Source of the DNA: Terriglobia bacterium
GTDB taxonomy: Bacteria > Acidobacteriota > Terriglobia > Bryobacterales > Bryobacteraceae
Assembly (NCBI GenBank): GCA_963758445.1
Contig: CAVWVR010000005.1
Location: forward strand, 21,414-85,413
Direction: 5' to 3'
Length of the DNA: 64,000 bases
Made by a program: the position numbers and the translations under genes. How positions within the stretch are numbered: the stretch's first letter is position 1; each line of letters begins with the position of its first letter. The notes beneath the pieces were generated by a model, which was not told where the DNA came from, made no database searches, and saw nothing but the letters and a program-made list of their open reading frames with translations. Shown here piece after piece: positions 10,062 through 19,518 of the stretch.

Positions 10062-10988
10062 CTACTGCCGCCTCCGCGCAGCGGTAGCAGACGGGAATAG
10101 GGTCCTATCCGCCAGCGCGACTTGCGCCTTTCGCGCCTGTTCTGACCCGGGGTACTTCTGAATCAGCGCGCGCAGTTCCTGTACGGCCTGCGTGCGCTGC
10201 CCGCTCTTGGCCAGGGCCACGCCTTTCATGTAAGCCGCATCTTTGGTTCGAGGATTCTGGGGATAGCGCTCCAACACCGCATCAAACGCGTGAACAGCTC
10301 CCTTGTAATCGGTTTGGTTATACGCGATCTCACCCAGATAGAACTGGGCGCTGGCGGCATATTCGGTATTCGGAAAATAAGTCAGATACTGCTGATATTC
10401 CTGCACGGCTAACGGAACATTCCCGGTCTGTTGATCGCGTCGGGCATCGGTGAACAATTGGGCTGCACTTACGCCCGCGGGCGGAGCGCTTGCCCCGGGT
10501 TGGCCGGTTCCAGGTGACGAACTCAGGCCCGGAGCGCCCATCGCGCTAGGAGGGCCTGTCTGGGAGCCAGGAGCCGCCGGTGGATTCTGCATGATCTGGA
10601 TCTGATTCTTCACGTCAGTAATTTTGGCGTCCATGCGCTCCAGTCGCGCGCCCAAATCGGCTAGCGCATCACGCAAGGAGCGTACATCCTCACTGGTCGC
10701 GTCAACCTTAGTGCCCAGATTAGTCACCGGTCCAAGTGAACTGACGACTGTGTTCCGCAGCACGTCTTGCATGCCCGCAACCTGGTCCGCGGTGTGGCGC
10801 GTGTCGGCCGCCATCTGGCCCAATGCACCATTCAGCACATCGATCTTCGACTTCAAATCGTCCTGCTGCTTCTGCAGAGTGTCGAATCGATCTTCCAGTG
10901 CACGCTGTAAAGCCAGCAGATCCTTGTTTACCGCAAAAGAGAAGCCGGAAAAAGTCAATGCCAGAACGGCCAGACGCAGAAATTTCAT
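10062..10988 (-). CDS. ybgF: Tol-Pal system protein YbgF/CpoB (coiled-coil + TPR)
   Basis: Signal peptide, an N-terminal coiled coil and C-terminal TPR repeats (YQQYLTYFPNTEYAASAQFYLGEIAY...). It is the last gene of the tol-pal cluster. Confidence 0.75.
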   Translation of the reverse strand: MKFLRLAVLALTFSGFSFAVNKDLLALQRALEDRFDTLQKQQDDLKSKIDVLNGALGQMAADTRHTADQVAGMQDVLRNTVVSSLGPVTNLGTKVDATSEDVRSLRDALADLGARLERMDAKITDVKNQIQIMQNPPAAPGSQTGPPSAMGAPGLSSSPGTGQPGASAPPAGVSAAQLFTDARRDQQTGNVPLAVQEYQQYLTYFPNTEYAASAQFYLGEIAYNQTDYKGAVHAFDAVLERYPQNPRTKDAAYMKGVALAKSGQRTQAVQELRALIQKYPGSEQARKAQVALADRTLFPSATAARRRQ

Positions 10989-11089
10989 TGAGTTAACTCC
11001 TCATGAGAGAGGGACGGATGAGAGCCGTCCCTGTTTCACGCTTGTCTTCAGTGTAAGTGAAGCAGCGGATATTTCTCCGTACGCAGGCG

Positions 11090-11857
11090 CTACTGGCCAG
11101 CCGAGAAATGGTCTCGCCGATTACGCGCGTAGCAATCCTCGCTAGCGTCCGTGCAGATGGGACGTTCTTTGCCGTAGCTGATGGTCTTCAGCTTGTCGGC
11201 GGGAACTCCCATGCCAACCAGCGCTTCCTTGGCTGCCGATGCGCGTCGATCTCCCAGCGCCAAATTGTATTCAGCCGACCCGCGCTCGTCGCAATTGCCT
11301 TCAATCTGAACAATGAAGTTCGGGTCCATGGAGAAGATCTGCTTCAGCGCGGTCGCATCCTGCTGAAGAATGGGCTGATCTTCGGCGCGGACATCGCTCT
11401 TGTCGTAATCGAAATGAATATCCTGCACCTGCTGTTGCAAGATCTGCACGGCAGTTAATTGGTTGGTCGGCGCTGCCACGGGGGCGGGCGGAGGAGCCGT
11501 GCTGACAGTAATGGTCGCTTCCGCATCTGCTGTGCCGCCCGGGCCAGTTGCGCTCAGATGATAGGTGGTTGTCTGAGTTGGATAAACGGCTCTACGGCCA
11601 TTCGGGCTGACTGGGCCGATCCCTTCGATCGAAACGTTCGTTGCGTCGGTAACGCTCCAACGCAGAGAGGATGGCTGGCCTGCATTGACCGTCGTCGGCT
11701 CCGCGGTGAAGTAATTGATAGCCGGCTTATTGGCCACAGTCGTCGGCGTGGGCGCCGGCGGTGGAGGTGGTGGCGGTGGCACTTTCTTGTGACATCCAGC
11801 CGCGAAAACCAACAGGAGCGTTGACAAAGCAATCGGCAAAGCTCTGCGTTGTGCCAT
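11090..11857 (-). CDS. pal: Peptidoglycan-associated lipoprotein Pal (OmpA-family)
   Basis: Lipobox LVFAAGC, a proline-rich linker and a C-terminal OmpA-like domain (NFIVQIEGNCDERGSAEYNLALGDRRA). The chosen start is an internal ATG at 11857 that gives the lipoprotein signal peptide. Confidence 0.85.
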   Translation of the reverse strand: MAQRRALPIALSTLLLVFAAGCHKKVPPPPPPPPAPTPTTVANKPAINYFTAEPTTVNAGQPSSLRWSVTDATNVSIEGIGPVSPNGRRAVYPTQTTTYHLSATGPGGTADAEATITVSTAPPPAPVAAPTNQLTAVQILQQQVQDIHFDYDKSDVRAEDQPILQQDATALKQIFSMDPNFIVQIEGNCDERGSAEYNLALGDRRASAAKEALVGMGVPADKLKTISYGKERPICTDASEDCYARNRRDHFSAGQ

Positions 11858-11903
11858 GGTAATGAGTCGATCCTCTACTTTCATTTGACTTCTAGCTACT
11901 TTA

Positions 11904-13286
11904 CTACTGCTCCGCATTAACCCAGACCGGTTTCTCGTTGCTACCGCTCTGCGTGAGCGGATGCTTGCCCGTTCCGTCCGCATTCATGACCCAGATCTGC
12001 GACTGCCGGCCGCGCTTGGAGGCATAGACAATATGCGCTCCATCCGGGGCAAAACCGGGATTTTCATTTCTTCCCTCGTTAGACGTCAATTGGGTCACTT
12101 GCTGATTTCCCACATCCATCACGAAGATGTTGTAATTGCCCGGTTCGAATCCCTTGGTCCAGGCGAACGCGATATGGTCGCCATCGGGACTCCACGCTGG
12201 ATTCGTCGCCTCGCCCGTTCCCGCGGAGATCCGTTGCACGTCCGTTCCTTCGACGCTCATATGATAGATCTGCGGCAATCCGCTGCGCCCGGAGACATCC
12301 ACCAAGTCAGTCCCGGTTTTCGGATTGATCTTCGGTTCCACCTCAATCACACCTGAGGCGGTCAAGCGCCGCAATCCGCTGCCATCTGCGTTGGCCGTAA
12401 AGAGCTGCGCATTTCCCCCCGCCGCGGTGGACGAGAAGACGACGCGTTTAGAATCCGGCGTGAACGTGACAAACGCATTCATAGACGCCCGTTGATTGTA
12501 AAACGGCAGCTTGCGCCCGCTATCGAGTGAGAACATCTGAATCGCCGGAAAGCCCACTGCCCAGGTGGTGAACGCAACAATGCGACCGTCGGGCGAGGCA
12601 GAGGGAAACGTCGAAATCGAATGATAATTGGTCAATTGCCGCTGAGCGGTGCCGTCCCAGTTCATCACCCAGATCTCTTTGGAACCGGAACGGTCGGATA
12701 CAAAGACGATCCTGGTTCCCACTAAGCTCTTGCCGCCGAACTGCGCCAATATATCAGCCGCATAGCGGTGCCCGGCATCGATAGCGCCTTCGCGCGTCAT
12801 GGGCGCAGTGTAGATCTTCCCGAATACTTGCGCCTGCTGTAGCGTGGCGATTGAAGTGGACGTGCTGTAGAACCAGCCGAAGGCGACAAACATGCCTCGA
12901 TCCTCGGCGCCGTAGCCGATGCCCAAGTAATTGGCCGAGACGGGCGGGAGACTCCAGTCCGTCAGGCGATTTGCCATCATTGTCACCGCGCCTCGGCTAG
13001 GCGGAGCAACCCCGGCAATCAAATCCGAAGGCTGCTGCGGAACTTGCAACGGGTAAAACGTCTTCGGAATAAAGTTGATCAAAGGCGAGCCTTCCAGATC
13101 GCTTCTGACAGTCTGATTGAAGTCGCCGATATATGCCGTCGCCGCCCCAGAGGCGCGGAAATCAGTCACCGCAATATGCGGCTTGCCGGGATTCTTTTCA
13201 ATGGTCCCCTGAACCTGTTGCCCGAGTAGCCAGCCCAGGCCGCTAACGGCGAGAAGTGCAATTGCAAGTATGAATGTGCGCATCAC
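11904..13286 (-). CDS. tolB: Tol-Pal system beta-propeller protein TolB
   Basis: 460 aa with a signal peptide, a TolB N-domain and C-terminal beta-propeller repeats (SPDG motifs). Confidence 0.9.
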   Translation of the reverse strand: MMRTFILAIALLAVSGLGWLLGQQVQGTIEKNPGKPHIAVTDFRASGAATAYIGDFNQTVRSDLEGSPLINFIPKTFYPLQVPQQPSDLIAGVAPPSRGAVTMMANRLTDWSLPPVSANYLGIGYGAEDRGMFVAFGWFYSTSTSIATLQQAQVFGKIYTAPMTREGAIDAGHRYAADILAQFGGKSLVGTRIVFVSDRSGSKEIWVMNWDGTAQRQLTNYHSISTFPSASPDGRIVAFTTWAVGFPAIQMFSLDSGRKLPFYNQRASMNAFVTFTPDSKRVVFSSTAAGGNAQLFTANADGSGLRRLTASGVIEVEPKINPKTGTDLVDVSGRSGLPQIYHMSVEGTDVQRISAGTGEATNPAWSPDGDHIAFAWTKGFEPGNYNIFVMDVGNQQVTQLTSNEGRNENPGFAPDGAHIVYASKRGRQSQIWVMNADGTGKHPLTQSGSNEKPVWVNAEQ

Positions 13287-13298
13287 GTAAGTTGAAAA

Positions 13299-14108
13299 TC
13301 AACGTAAGTTAAAAGTGAATTGAGCGGAGATAGAGTTCTCCGTTATTTGCGGCGGAAGCGGCGGCAGGGGAGTAGCCTGATATACCGCCCGCAGCGCCGT
13401 GTTGTCGATGGACGGATTGCCGCTGCTCTGAACTATCTGCGGATTCCGCACGCTGCCGTCGCGCATGATGATGAAGGCGACGATAGCGGGCGCCATCTGC
13501 GTGCGAGCCGCCAGGCCATTTGTGTTCCAGTTCTGCGCGATCCGGTCGCGGATCATCTGCGCATACCAACCCAGCCGATTGCTGCCTAACGGCGTATTAG
13601 GCCCAACTCCGACCTGGCCGCCGCCGCTGGGTCCGCCATACATTGGGTTCGAAAGCGCCTGCTGTTGCGCGAACACCTGGTTTCGTGGTGTCGGCTGCTG
13701 ATAGGTCTGTTGCTTGGTTGGACGCGGCGCTTCCTTCTTGATTTTGTCGGGAAGCTCAAATGCGTTCTTGTCCGGAACGGGCTGCTTCTTCTCCAACGTT
13801 TGTTTGGCGGGAGCAGTGGGAACCTGCGATTCTGTGTCATTCGCTACCGGATTCGGCGGCGCTTCGTGCCGAGGAATGGGGATGTTGTGTACAGGCGAAA
13901 CGGAATACGCCGGTCCGCCGGCCGAATTCACATCGCCCAACGTTTCCGGGTGCTGATTTAGCCAGAACCAGCCAAAGAACAATAGCGCAACCACGCCGCC
14001 ATGCACCAGCAGAGACCCGAAAAACGGAGTCCCCAGCGGATCTCGTTCGTCCAGTAAATCGAGCGGTTCAGCCATTGTTTTAGCGCCGCTGCCGCGCCAC
14101 TTGATCAA
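13299..14108 (-). CDS. tolA: TonB-family energy-transducer protein in the TolA position
   Basis: N-terminal TM helix, Pro/Gln-rich spacer and a C-terminal TonB/TolA-like domain. Located between tolR and tolB. Confidence 0.65.
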   Translation of the reverse strand: MIKWRGSGAKTMAEPLDLLDERDPLGTPFFGSLLVHGGVVALLFFGWFWLNQHPETLGDVNSAGGPAYSVSPVHNIPIPRHEAPPNPVANDTESQVPTAPAKQTLEKKQPVPDKNAFELPDKIKKEAPRPTKQQTYQQPTPRNQVFAQQQALSNPMYGGPSGGGQVGVGPNTPLGSNRLGWYAQMIRDRIAQNWNTNGLAARTQMAPAIVAFIIMRDGSVRNPQIVQSSGNPSIDNTALRAVYQATPLPPLPPQITENSISAQFTFNLR

Positions 14109-14523
14109 TGGGCGCGGTGACCATCTTCACCTCGAACTTCGCCTCGCCGAGTTCCGCCACAATCTGCGCGATCGGATCCCAAGGCGTTTGCTTGTCGGCA
14201 CGAACATAGACGGCCGTGGCCCCGCGGAATCTCTGCCGAATCGCATCTGCCATTTCGTGGATGTTTACCGGCTTCTCGTTGAGCAGCGTCTCCCCGTTTT
14301 TGTTGATGTTAATGACGGGCAGATCCTGCGTGGTGTTCTGGACGCGCCGCACCTGCGGCACCTGTATGTCGAGACCGAACTCCATCACGTTTGCCGTGAT
14401 CATGAAGATGACCAGCAACACCAGGACCACGTCAACCAGGGGAACAATGTTGATTTCCGACATGACGGTTGGCCCGCCAAATCGTCGTCCCCGCCTGCCG
14501 CCTTCGCTGAAAGAAAAAGCCAC
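14080..14523 (-). CDS. tolR: Biopolymer transport protein TolR/ExbD
   Basis: EINIVPLVDVVLVLLVIFMITA is the ExbD/TolR signature. Confidence 0.85.
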   Translation of the reverse strand: MAFSFSEGGRRGRRFGGPTVMSEINIVPLVDVVLVLLVIFMITANVMEFGLDIQVPQVRRVQNTTQDLPVININKNGETLLNEKPVNIHEMADAIRQRFRGATAVYVRADKQTPWDPIAQIVAELGEAKFEVKMVTAPIDQVARQRR

Positions 14524-14526
14524 GAT

Positions 14527-15204
14527 TTAGCCGCCGAAATCCCGCTCCGCCAGATTCTGAAACTCAATGGCGAAGTCTTCCATACGCGTGCCCATCTCCT
14601 TGATGCGTGTCCCGAAGACGTTGTAGAAGATAGCCGCTGGAATGGCTGCTGCCAGACCAATAGCCGTCGTCACCAGCGCTTCTGAAATGCCCGGTGCGAC
14701 AGCGCGCAGGCTCGCGCTTCCCGCACTTCCGAGCCCCTGGAACGCATCAATGATTCCCCACACCGTTCCGAAGAGACCGATGAACGGCGACACCGAAGCG
14801 ACCGTCGCCAGCCAGTTCATGTTCATCTCCAGCTTAGTGACTTCTTCGCTTATTCCTAACTGCAAACTTCGTTCGATGGCAGGTTTATTTACCAATGCGC
14901 CGCGTTGCTTGATCTGCCTTTCAATCTCGCCATAGCCGAAATCGAACACTGCCACCAGCGGCGCAGAAGTGAACTGCTCACTGGCCATGGCTACCGCTTG
15001 CAAGTTACCAGCCTTTCTGAAAGCACGCAGAAAATTTCGATTCTCGCGCCGGGCGCGGCCAAAAATGCTGCCCTTGGAAAACGCGATCGTCCAAGAGAAC
15101 AGCGAAAAGAGAATCAGAATGACGATGACTGCTAACGGAATGGGTCGTAAGTTTTGAATGAGGTCCCACAGGGAAAGATCTGCAGGAAGCAGCACAAAGG
15201 GCAA
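14527..15204 (-). CDS. tolQ: Proton-channel protein TolQ/ExbB (MotA family)
   Basis: 225 aa with three TM helices. MotA/TolQ/ExbB family, first gene of the tol-pal cluster. Confidence 0.85.
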   Translation of the reverse strand: MPFVLLPADLSLWDLIQNLRPIPLAVIVILILFSLFSWTIAFSKGSIFGRARRENRNFLRAFRKAGNLQAVAMASEQFTSAPLVAVFDFGYGEIERQIKQRGALVNKPAIERSLQLGISEEVTKLEMNMNWLATVASVSPFIGLFGTVWGIIDAFQGLGSAGSASLRAVAPGISEALVTTAIGLAAAIPAAIFYNVFGTRIKEMGTRMEDFAIEFQNLAERDFGG

Positions 15205-15307
15205 TATCAGCGTGTCCTTTCGGTTACTTCTCTTTCAATTATAAGAAGCTCTGAATTTTCGCTAACTGATTGGAAGCATGCGCACAGCCGTACGTTTCCT
15301 GCGGAGA

Positions 15308-15341
15308 GATTAACTTCCCTTCGCCTTAGGATTAACTTTCC
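15308..15341. promoter_or_regulatory. AT-rich direct repeat GATTAACTT(C/T)CC x2, spaced 22 bp, in the divergent tolQ/recN intergenic region
   Basis: 9-mer exact repeat at 15308-15318 and 15330-15341, two helical turns apart. Confidence 0.35.
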
Positions 15342-15351
15342 TTTGGATATA

Positions 15352-15361
15352 CGTGCGCACG
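15352..15361. promoter_or_regulatory. Perfect 10-bp palindrome CGTGCGCACG about 50 bp upstream of recN; candidate operator
   Basis: The sequence is identical to its reverse complement and lies in the divergent tolQ/recN promoter region. Confidence 0.35.
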
Positions 15362-15408
15362 GGCCCTAAGTTGGGACGTTGTACTCGGTCGAGAGATAAT
15401 TCGGTCAC

Positions 15409-17088
15409 ATGCTGGTCGAGCTGATCGTTGAGAACTACGCGGTCGTCGAGCAAGCTCGCATTCGTTTTCAGCAAGGCCTGAACGTTCTCACGGGCGAAAC
15501 GGGAAGCGGGAAATCGATTGTCGTGGATTCGCTCGCGCTGCTGCTTGGGGCCAGGGCTTCCAGCGAAACGATTCGCAGCGGGGAAACGAAAGCGCGCGTC
15601 TCCGGTATCTTCGCGCTGCAGGCACGCGAAGAGTTGAATTCACTTCTCCTCGAAGCCGGCATTGAGCATGAGGGCGAGGATGAGCTGATCGTGGAGCGTG
15701 AGATCACAGCAAACGGCAAGTCGCGCGCGTTTGTTGGCAATCGGCCTGTCACGACCGCATTTCTGCGTCGGCTTGCGCCTATTCTCGGCGACATTCATGG
15801 GCAGAATGAGCAGCAATCGCTTTTTTCGACGCAAGCGCAACGCGAGATTCTGGATGAATACGCACGCGCCGCGCCGCTGTTGTCGGTCGTGGCTGCTCTG
15901 TTTGCGGAGTGGCGCCTCTTGGGAGAGAAGCTTGACGAACTCAGCCGCAATGAGCAGGAAAAACTGCGATTGCTCGATCTTTGGAAGTTTCAGGCCAAGG
16001 AGATCGAGTCTGTCGCACCCAAGCCCGGCGAAGACTCCGAACTCGAAGCCGAGCGCAAGATCCTGCAGAACGTTACGCGTTTGCAGGAGAGCGCCGCCCA
16101 CGCGTTTGCGGCATTGTATGAATCGCCGGAGAGCGCGACGACACAACTCGGTCACGCCGGCAAACGACTGGATGAATTAGTTCGCATCGACCCGGCGATG
16201 ACAGAGACCGCGGCCGCGCTGAAGCAGGCATCTGTTCTGTTGGAAGAAGCGTCTTACTCGCTGCGCGACTATCTCGGTCGCCTGGAAGCGGATCCCACGC
16301 GCCTGGAAAATATCGAAAGCCGCCTCGACGCGATTGATCGTCTCAAGCGAAAGTACGGCCGAACGATCGAAGAAGTGCTGGCATTTCATGACGAGGCCGC
16401 GCGGCAGGCTGATGAAGTGGAAAACGCCGCGGAGCACCGGGCAACTTTGGAAAAGCAGCGTGCCCAGTTGGCAGAGCATTACGAAAAGAAGGCGGCAGAC
16501 TTGACTGAGGGGCGGACACGCGCGGCGGCGAAGCTCAGCAAGCAGGTGGAAACAGAACTGAAAGCGCTCGCGATGGCTGGAACTCGCTTTGAAATTGCTG
16601 TCAAGCAAGGCGGCTGGAGCGCACACGGCATGGACGAGATTGCGTTTCTGGTTTCACCCAATCGCGGCGAAGAGCCGAAGCCGCTTGAGAAAATCGCTTC
16701 GGGTGGCGAACTCTCACGCATGGCTCTGGCACTCAAGACCGCGCTCGGCGACGCCGACGATCATCCTGGCGCGCATACGTTGGTGTTTGACGAAGTGGAT
16801 GCGGGTGTCGGGGGCGCCGCTGCCGCAGCGGTCGGGAAACGGCTTAAGGCACTGTCACGCTCGAACCAGGTCATCTGCGTGACGCACCTGGCGCAGATTG
16901 CCGGGTTCGCCGATCATCACTACGCAGTGGCCAAGCGCGAGCGCAAAGGCCGCGTCACTACAGAAGTGCTGGAACTGCCGCGTGAGGAACGTGCGCGGGA
17001 AATCGGCCGCATGCTGTCGGGCGAGCATATTACGCCTGAAGCGCTGAAGCAGGCAGAGCAGTTGATGCAGGCGGGGTCGGCATTTTAG
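15409..17088 (+). CDS. recN: DNA repair protein RecN
   Basis: 559 aa with N-terminal Walker A GETGSGKS, a long coiled coil and a C-terminal SMC-like signature. Confidence 0.95.
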   Translation: MLVELIVENYAVVEQARIRFQQGLNVLTGETGSGKSIVVDSLALLLGARASSETIRSGETKARVSGIFALQAREELNSLLLEAGIEHEGEDELIVEREITANGKSRAFVGNRPVTTAFLRRLAPILGDIHGQNEQQSLFSTQAQREILDEYARAAPLLSVVAALFAEWRLLGEKLDELSRNEQEKLRLLDLWKFQAKEIESVAPKPGEDSELEAERKILQNVTRLQESAAHAFAALYESPESATTQLGHAGKRLDELVRIDPAMTETAAALKQASVLLEEASYSLRDYLGRLEADPTRLENIESRLDAIDRLKRKYGRTIEEVLAFHDEAARQADEVENAAEHRATLEKQRAQLAEHYEKKAADLTEGRTRAAAKLSKQVETELKALAMAGTRFEIAVKQGGWSAHGMDEIAFLVSPNRGEEPKPLEKIASGGELSRMALALKTALGDADDHPGAHTLVFDEVDAGVGGAAAAAVGKRLKALSRSNQVICVTHLAQIAGFADHHYAVAKRERKGRVTTEVLELPREERAREIGRMLSGEHITPEALKQAEQLMQAGSAF

Positions 17089-17106
17089 CTGCGGGGAAAT
17101 CCGTGT

Positions 17107-17400
17107 CTATGCAGCGGAACGGCGAATACGGCGGATGCGGATATCCTTCTCGCGCTTCCGGGTTTGCGCAATATCGTAAGACGACTGCATCCGCATGAGG
17201 GTATCCATCCTCACTCCAAAGGCTTTTTCTATTCGTAGCGCCATGTCTCCGGACAGGCCGGCCTTGCCATTGAGCAAACTCGACAGCGCGGGGCGCGAAA
17301 CCTCAAGCGCCTTCGCCGCGTCGGTGACGGATAGTCCAGCGGGTTCAATGATTTCGGTGCGAATAAAATCGCCAGGGTGCGGCGGGTTCTTCATCGGCAT
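17107..17400 (-). CDS. higA: HigA-family antitoxin (XRE-type HTH)
   Basis: 97 aa with HTH motif VTDAAKALEVSRPALSSLLNGKAGLSGDMALRIEKAFG. Sits directly downstream of the toxin gene, the characteristic reversed Hig order. Confidence 0.8.
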   Translation of the reverse strand: MPMKNPPHPGDFIRTEIIEPAGLSVTDAAKALEVSRPALSSLLNGKAGLSGDMALRIEKAFGVRMDTLMRMQSSYDIAQTRKREKDIRIRRIRRSAA

Positions 17401-17415
17401 GCTTTCCTCATCCTG

Positions 17416-17706
17416 TCAGTGATAGTCTTCCAAATTTAAGTCGCAGATTTCGCGCTCTGCGGGATCAATGATAAAAGTCAAGCGTCGGTTGCGGGTAACG
17501 CTCAAGCTCCACGCCCCTTTGCGGTCGCCCGTCAGAGTATGCGCCTTCCAAGCTGCAAGATTCCGCAACTCCTGCGGGTCTTCCATATTGTCAAGAAACG
17601 CGAGCATCTTTCGCAGCTTGTCTACCGTGTCGGGAGGAACACCTTTTGTACTATCTTCCTCATAGAGCCGTTTCAGGCCTCTATGAACGAAGTTTCGGAT
17701 TTGCAC
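17416..17706 (-). CDS. higB: HigB-like toxin (RelE/ParE superfamily plasmid-maintenance killer protein)
   Basis: 96-aa protein MQIRNFVHRGLKRLYEED...GDRKGAWSLSVTRNRRLTF, a typical HigB family sequence. Confidence 0.8.
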   Translation of the reverse strand: MQIRNFVHRGLKRLYEEDSTKGVPPDTVDKLRKMLAFLDNMEDPQELRNLAAWKAHTLTGDRKGAWSLSVTRNRRLTFIIDPAEREICDLNLEDYH

Positions 17707-17763
17707 GGACGGACTGTAGCCTGTAGCTTAACAGTTGTCACACTTAACCATCGACCGGCAAAG

Positions 17764-19440
17764 CTAAGCCGGTCGCAGCCGCCGCATGGCCGACTCCATG
17801 AACGACCGCGATTCCTGCACACCCAGGAATGCCGTTCCGCCGAAATACATCGCGCCGTACACAATCACGACAACTATGGCCGTCACCAGCGGATGACCCA
17901 TGCCGATCGCAAGCTTGATAAGGTACCCCGCAGCACCAGCCAAAAACGCCGCCAGCCACAGCGATCCTGTATAGCTCGCCGGGAGCGGCGTCCTGCCGAT
18001 CCGTTTTCCCAGGGCATGTCGCAACAACGAAAACTCGACCCATCCCGCTACACCCGCCGAAGCTGTCAGCCCAGCGACGCCCCATTTCGGATCAAGTCCC
18101 AACCAGCGCGGCAGCGGGAATGCGAACAAGAAACCTAGTGCGGTGGTCAGCGCAACACGAACGATTGCGAAGCGCAGCGGCGTCCGCGTATCCAGTAAGG
18201 CGTAAAACGCCGACGAATACAGCCGCCCCAAAGAGGTCGCCAGCAGTCCGACTGAAGATCCGGCCAAGACGGACCATACCCAGGTGGCGTCAGCCTGATG
18301 GAAGCGCCCCGAGACGTAAAGCCCAGCCGCCAGCACATCACCGAGCAGCAGAAAGGCCACCGCCGAAGGCACGATGAAGAACGCAATCCTTCGCAGTCCC
18401 GCCGACAAGCGTTTACGCAAGAATGCCGCTACTTCTTCTTGGGTTCCGACTGCACTCGAAAGCGCCGGCAATTCCGCGGCGGAAACCGACATGCTAAACA
18501 GACTGATGGGCATGACGGAGATCACCTGCGCATAGCCAAAGACGGCTACTGAGCCTGTCGGCAGCCAACTCGCGATGAACGAGTCCACATACGCGCTGAC
18601 CTGCACCACGCCGCGGCTGAGGAACACCGGGCCGAAATTCCGAATCACTGTTCGGACATTCGGAGAAGTCCACTCGAGCGCGGGGCGAAAGCCCGGCAGC
18701 AACTCCAGCACCCGTGGCAACTGAACCAGAAACGACATGGCGCTTCCGGCCACATAGGCCCATGCCGCATAAATGACCAGCAGAGGCACGGGTGAGTGCC
18801 GCAGCGCAATCACAATCACGAGCACCGTCACGTTCATCGCCACCGGCGCCATGTACGACAGCAGAAAGCGCCTGTGGCTGTTCAGCACGCCCAGACACCA
18901 CGCCCCCATGACAGCCAATCCGGTCGCGGGGAACAGAATGCGAACCAGGCGAATCGTCAAGTCACGCGTTTGCCCCTGGAATCCAGGCGCGACGAGATCG
19001 ATAAACAGCGGCGTGAACGATACGCCGAGTGCCACCAGTGCTCCGCAGATCAAAGACAGGATGCCGAACACAGCGGCAGCTACATGCTCGGCCTCTTCGT
19101 CCTCACCGGCCGCGAGTAATTTCGAGTAAACGGTAACGAATGCGGCCGAAAGAACACCTTCTCCAAAGAGATTGCTGAGTAAGTTCGGGATGCGAATGGA
19201 GGCACGAAATGCATCGGCGATCGGGCCAACCCCGAAGTAGCTTCCAAGGACTCGCTCCCGGATGAGCCCGGTGATACGGCTGACCAGGATGCCCAGAGCA
19301 ACCCGCGAGGACGCGCCCAACGCACCGCGATCACGAACCCGCGTTTTCGTCGAAACAGGAACGCCGTTTTCGACATCGGTATCGATCTGGCTGGGCACGC
19401 GGTTCGCGAACCCGTGCGAGATGCGTATTCTAACTATCAA
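17764..19440 (-). CDS. murJ: Lipid II flippase MurJ (MviN)
   Basis: 558 aa, polytopic. Typical MurJ N-terminal region LGASSRVALGILVSRITGLIRERVLGSYFG. Confidence 0.9.
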   Translation of the reverse strand: MIVRIRISHGFANRVPSQIDTDVENGVPVSTKTRVRDRGALGASSRVALGILVSRITGLIRERVLGSYFGVGPIADAFRASIRIPNLLSNLFGEGVLSAAFVTVYSKLLAAGEDEEAEHVAAAVFGILSLICGALVALGVSFTPLFIDLVAPGFQGQTRDLTIRLVRILFPATGLAVMGAWCLGVLNSHRRFLLSYMAPVAMNVTVLVIVIALRHSPVPLLVIYAAWAYVAGSAMSFLVQLPRVLELLPGFRPALEWTSPNVRTVIRNFGPVFLSRGVVQVSAYVDSFIASWLPTGSVAVFGYAQVISVMPISLFSMSVSAAELPALSSAVGTQEEVAAFLRKRLSAGLRRIAFFIVPSAVAFLLLGDVLAAGLYVSGRFHQADATWVWSVLAGSSVGLLATSLGRLYSSAFYALLDTRTPLRFAIVRVALTTALGFLFAFPLPRWLGLDPKWGVAGLTASAGVAGWVEFSLLRHALGKRIGRTPLPASYTGSLWLAAFLAGAAGYLIKLAIGMGHPLVTAIVVVIVYGAMYFGGTAFLGVQESRSFMESAMRRLRPA

Positions 19441-19518
19441 ACAATGGTTCTAAAACCTGAGCTTAACAATTGTCAGCATTCCTGATAGGGTCGGAGTGCA
19501 TCCAATGCAATAGGCAAC

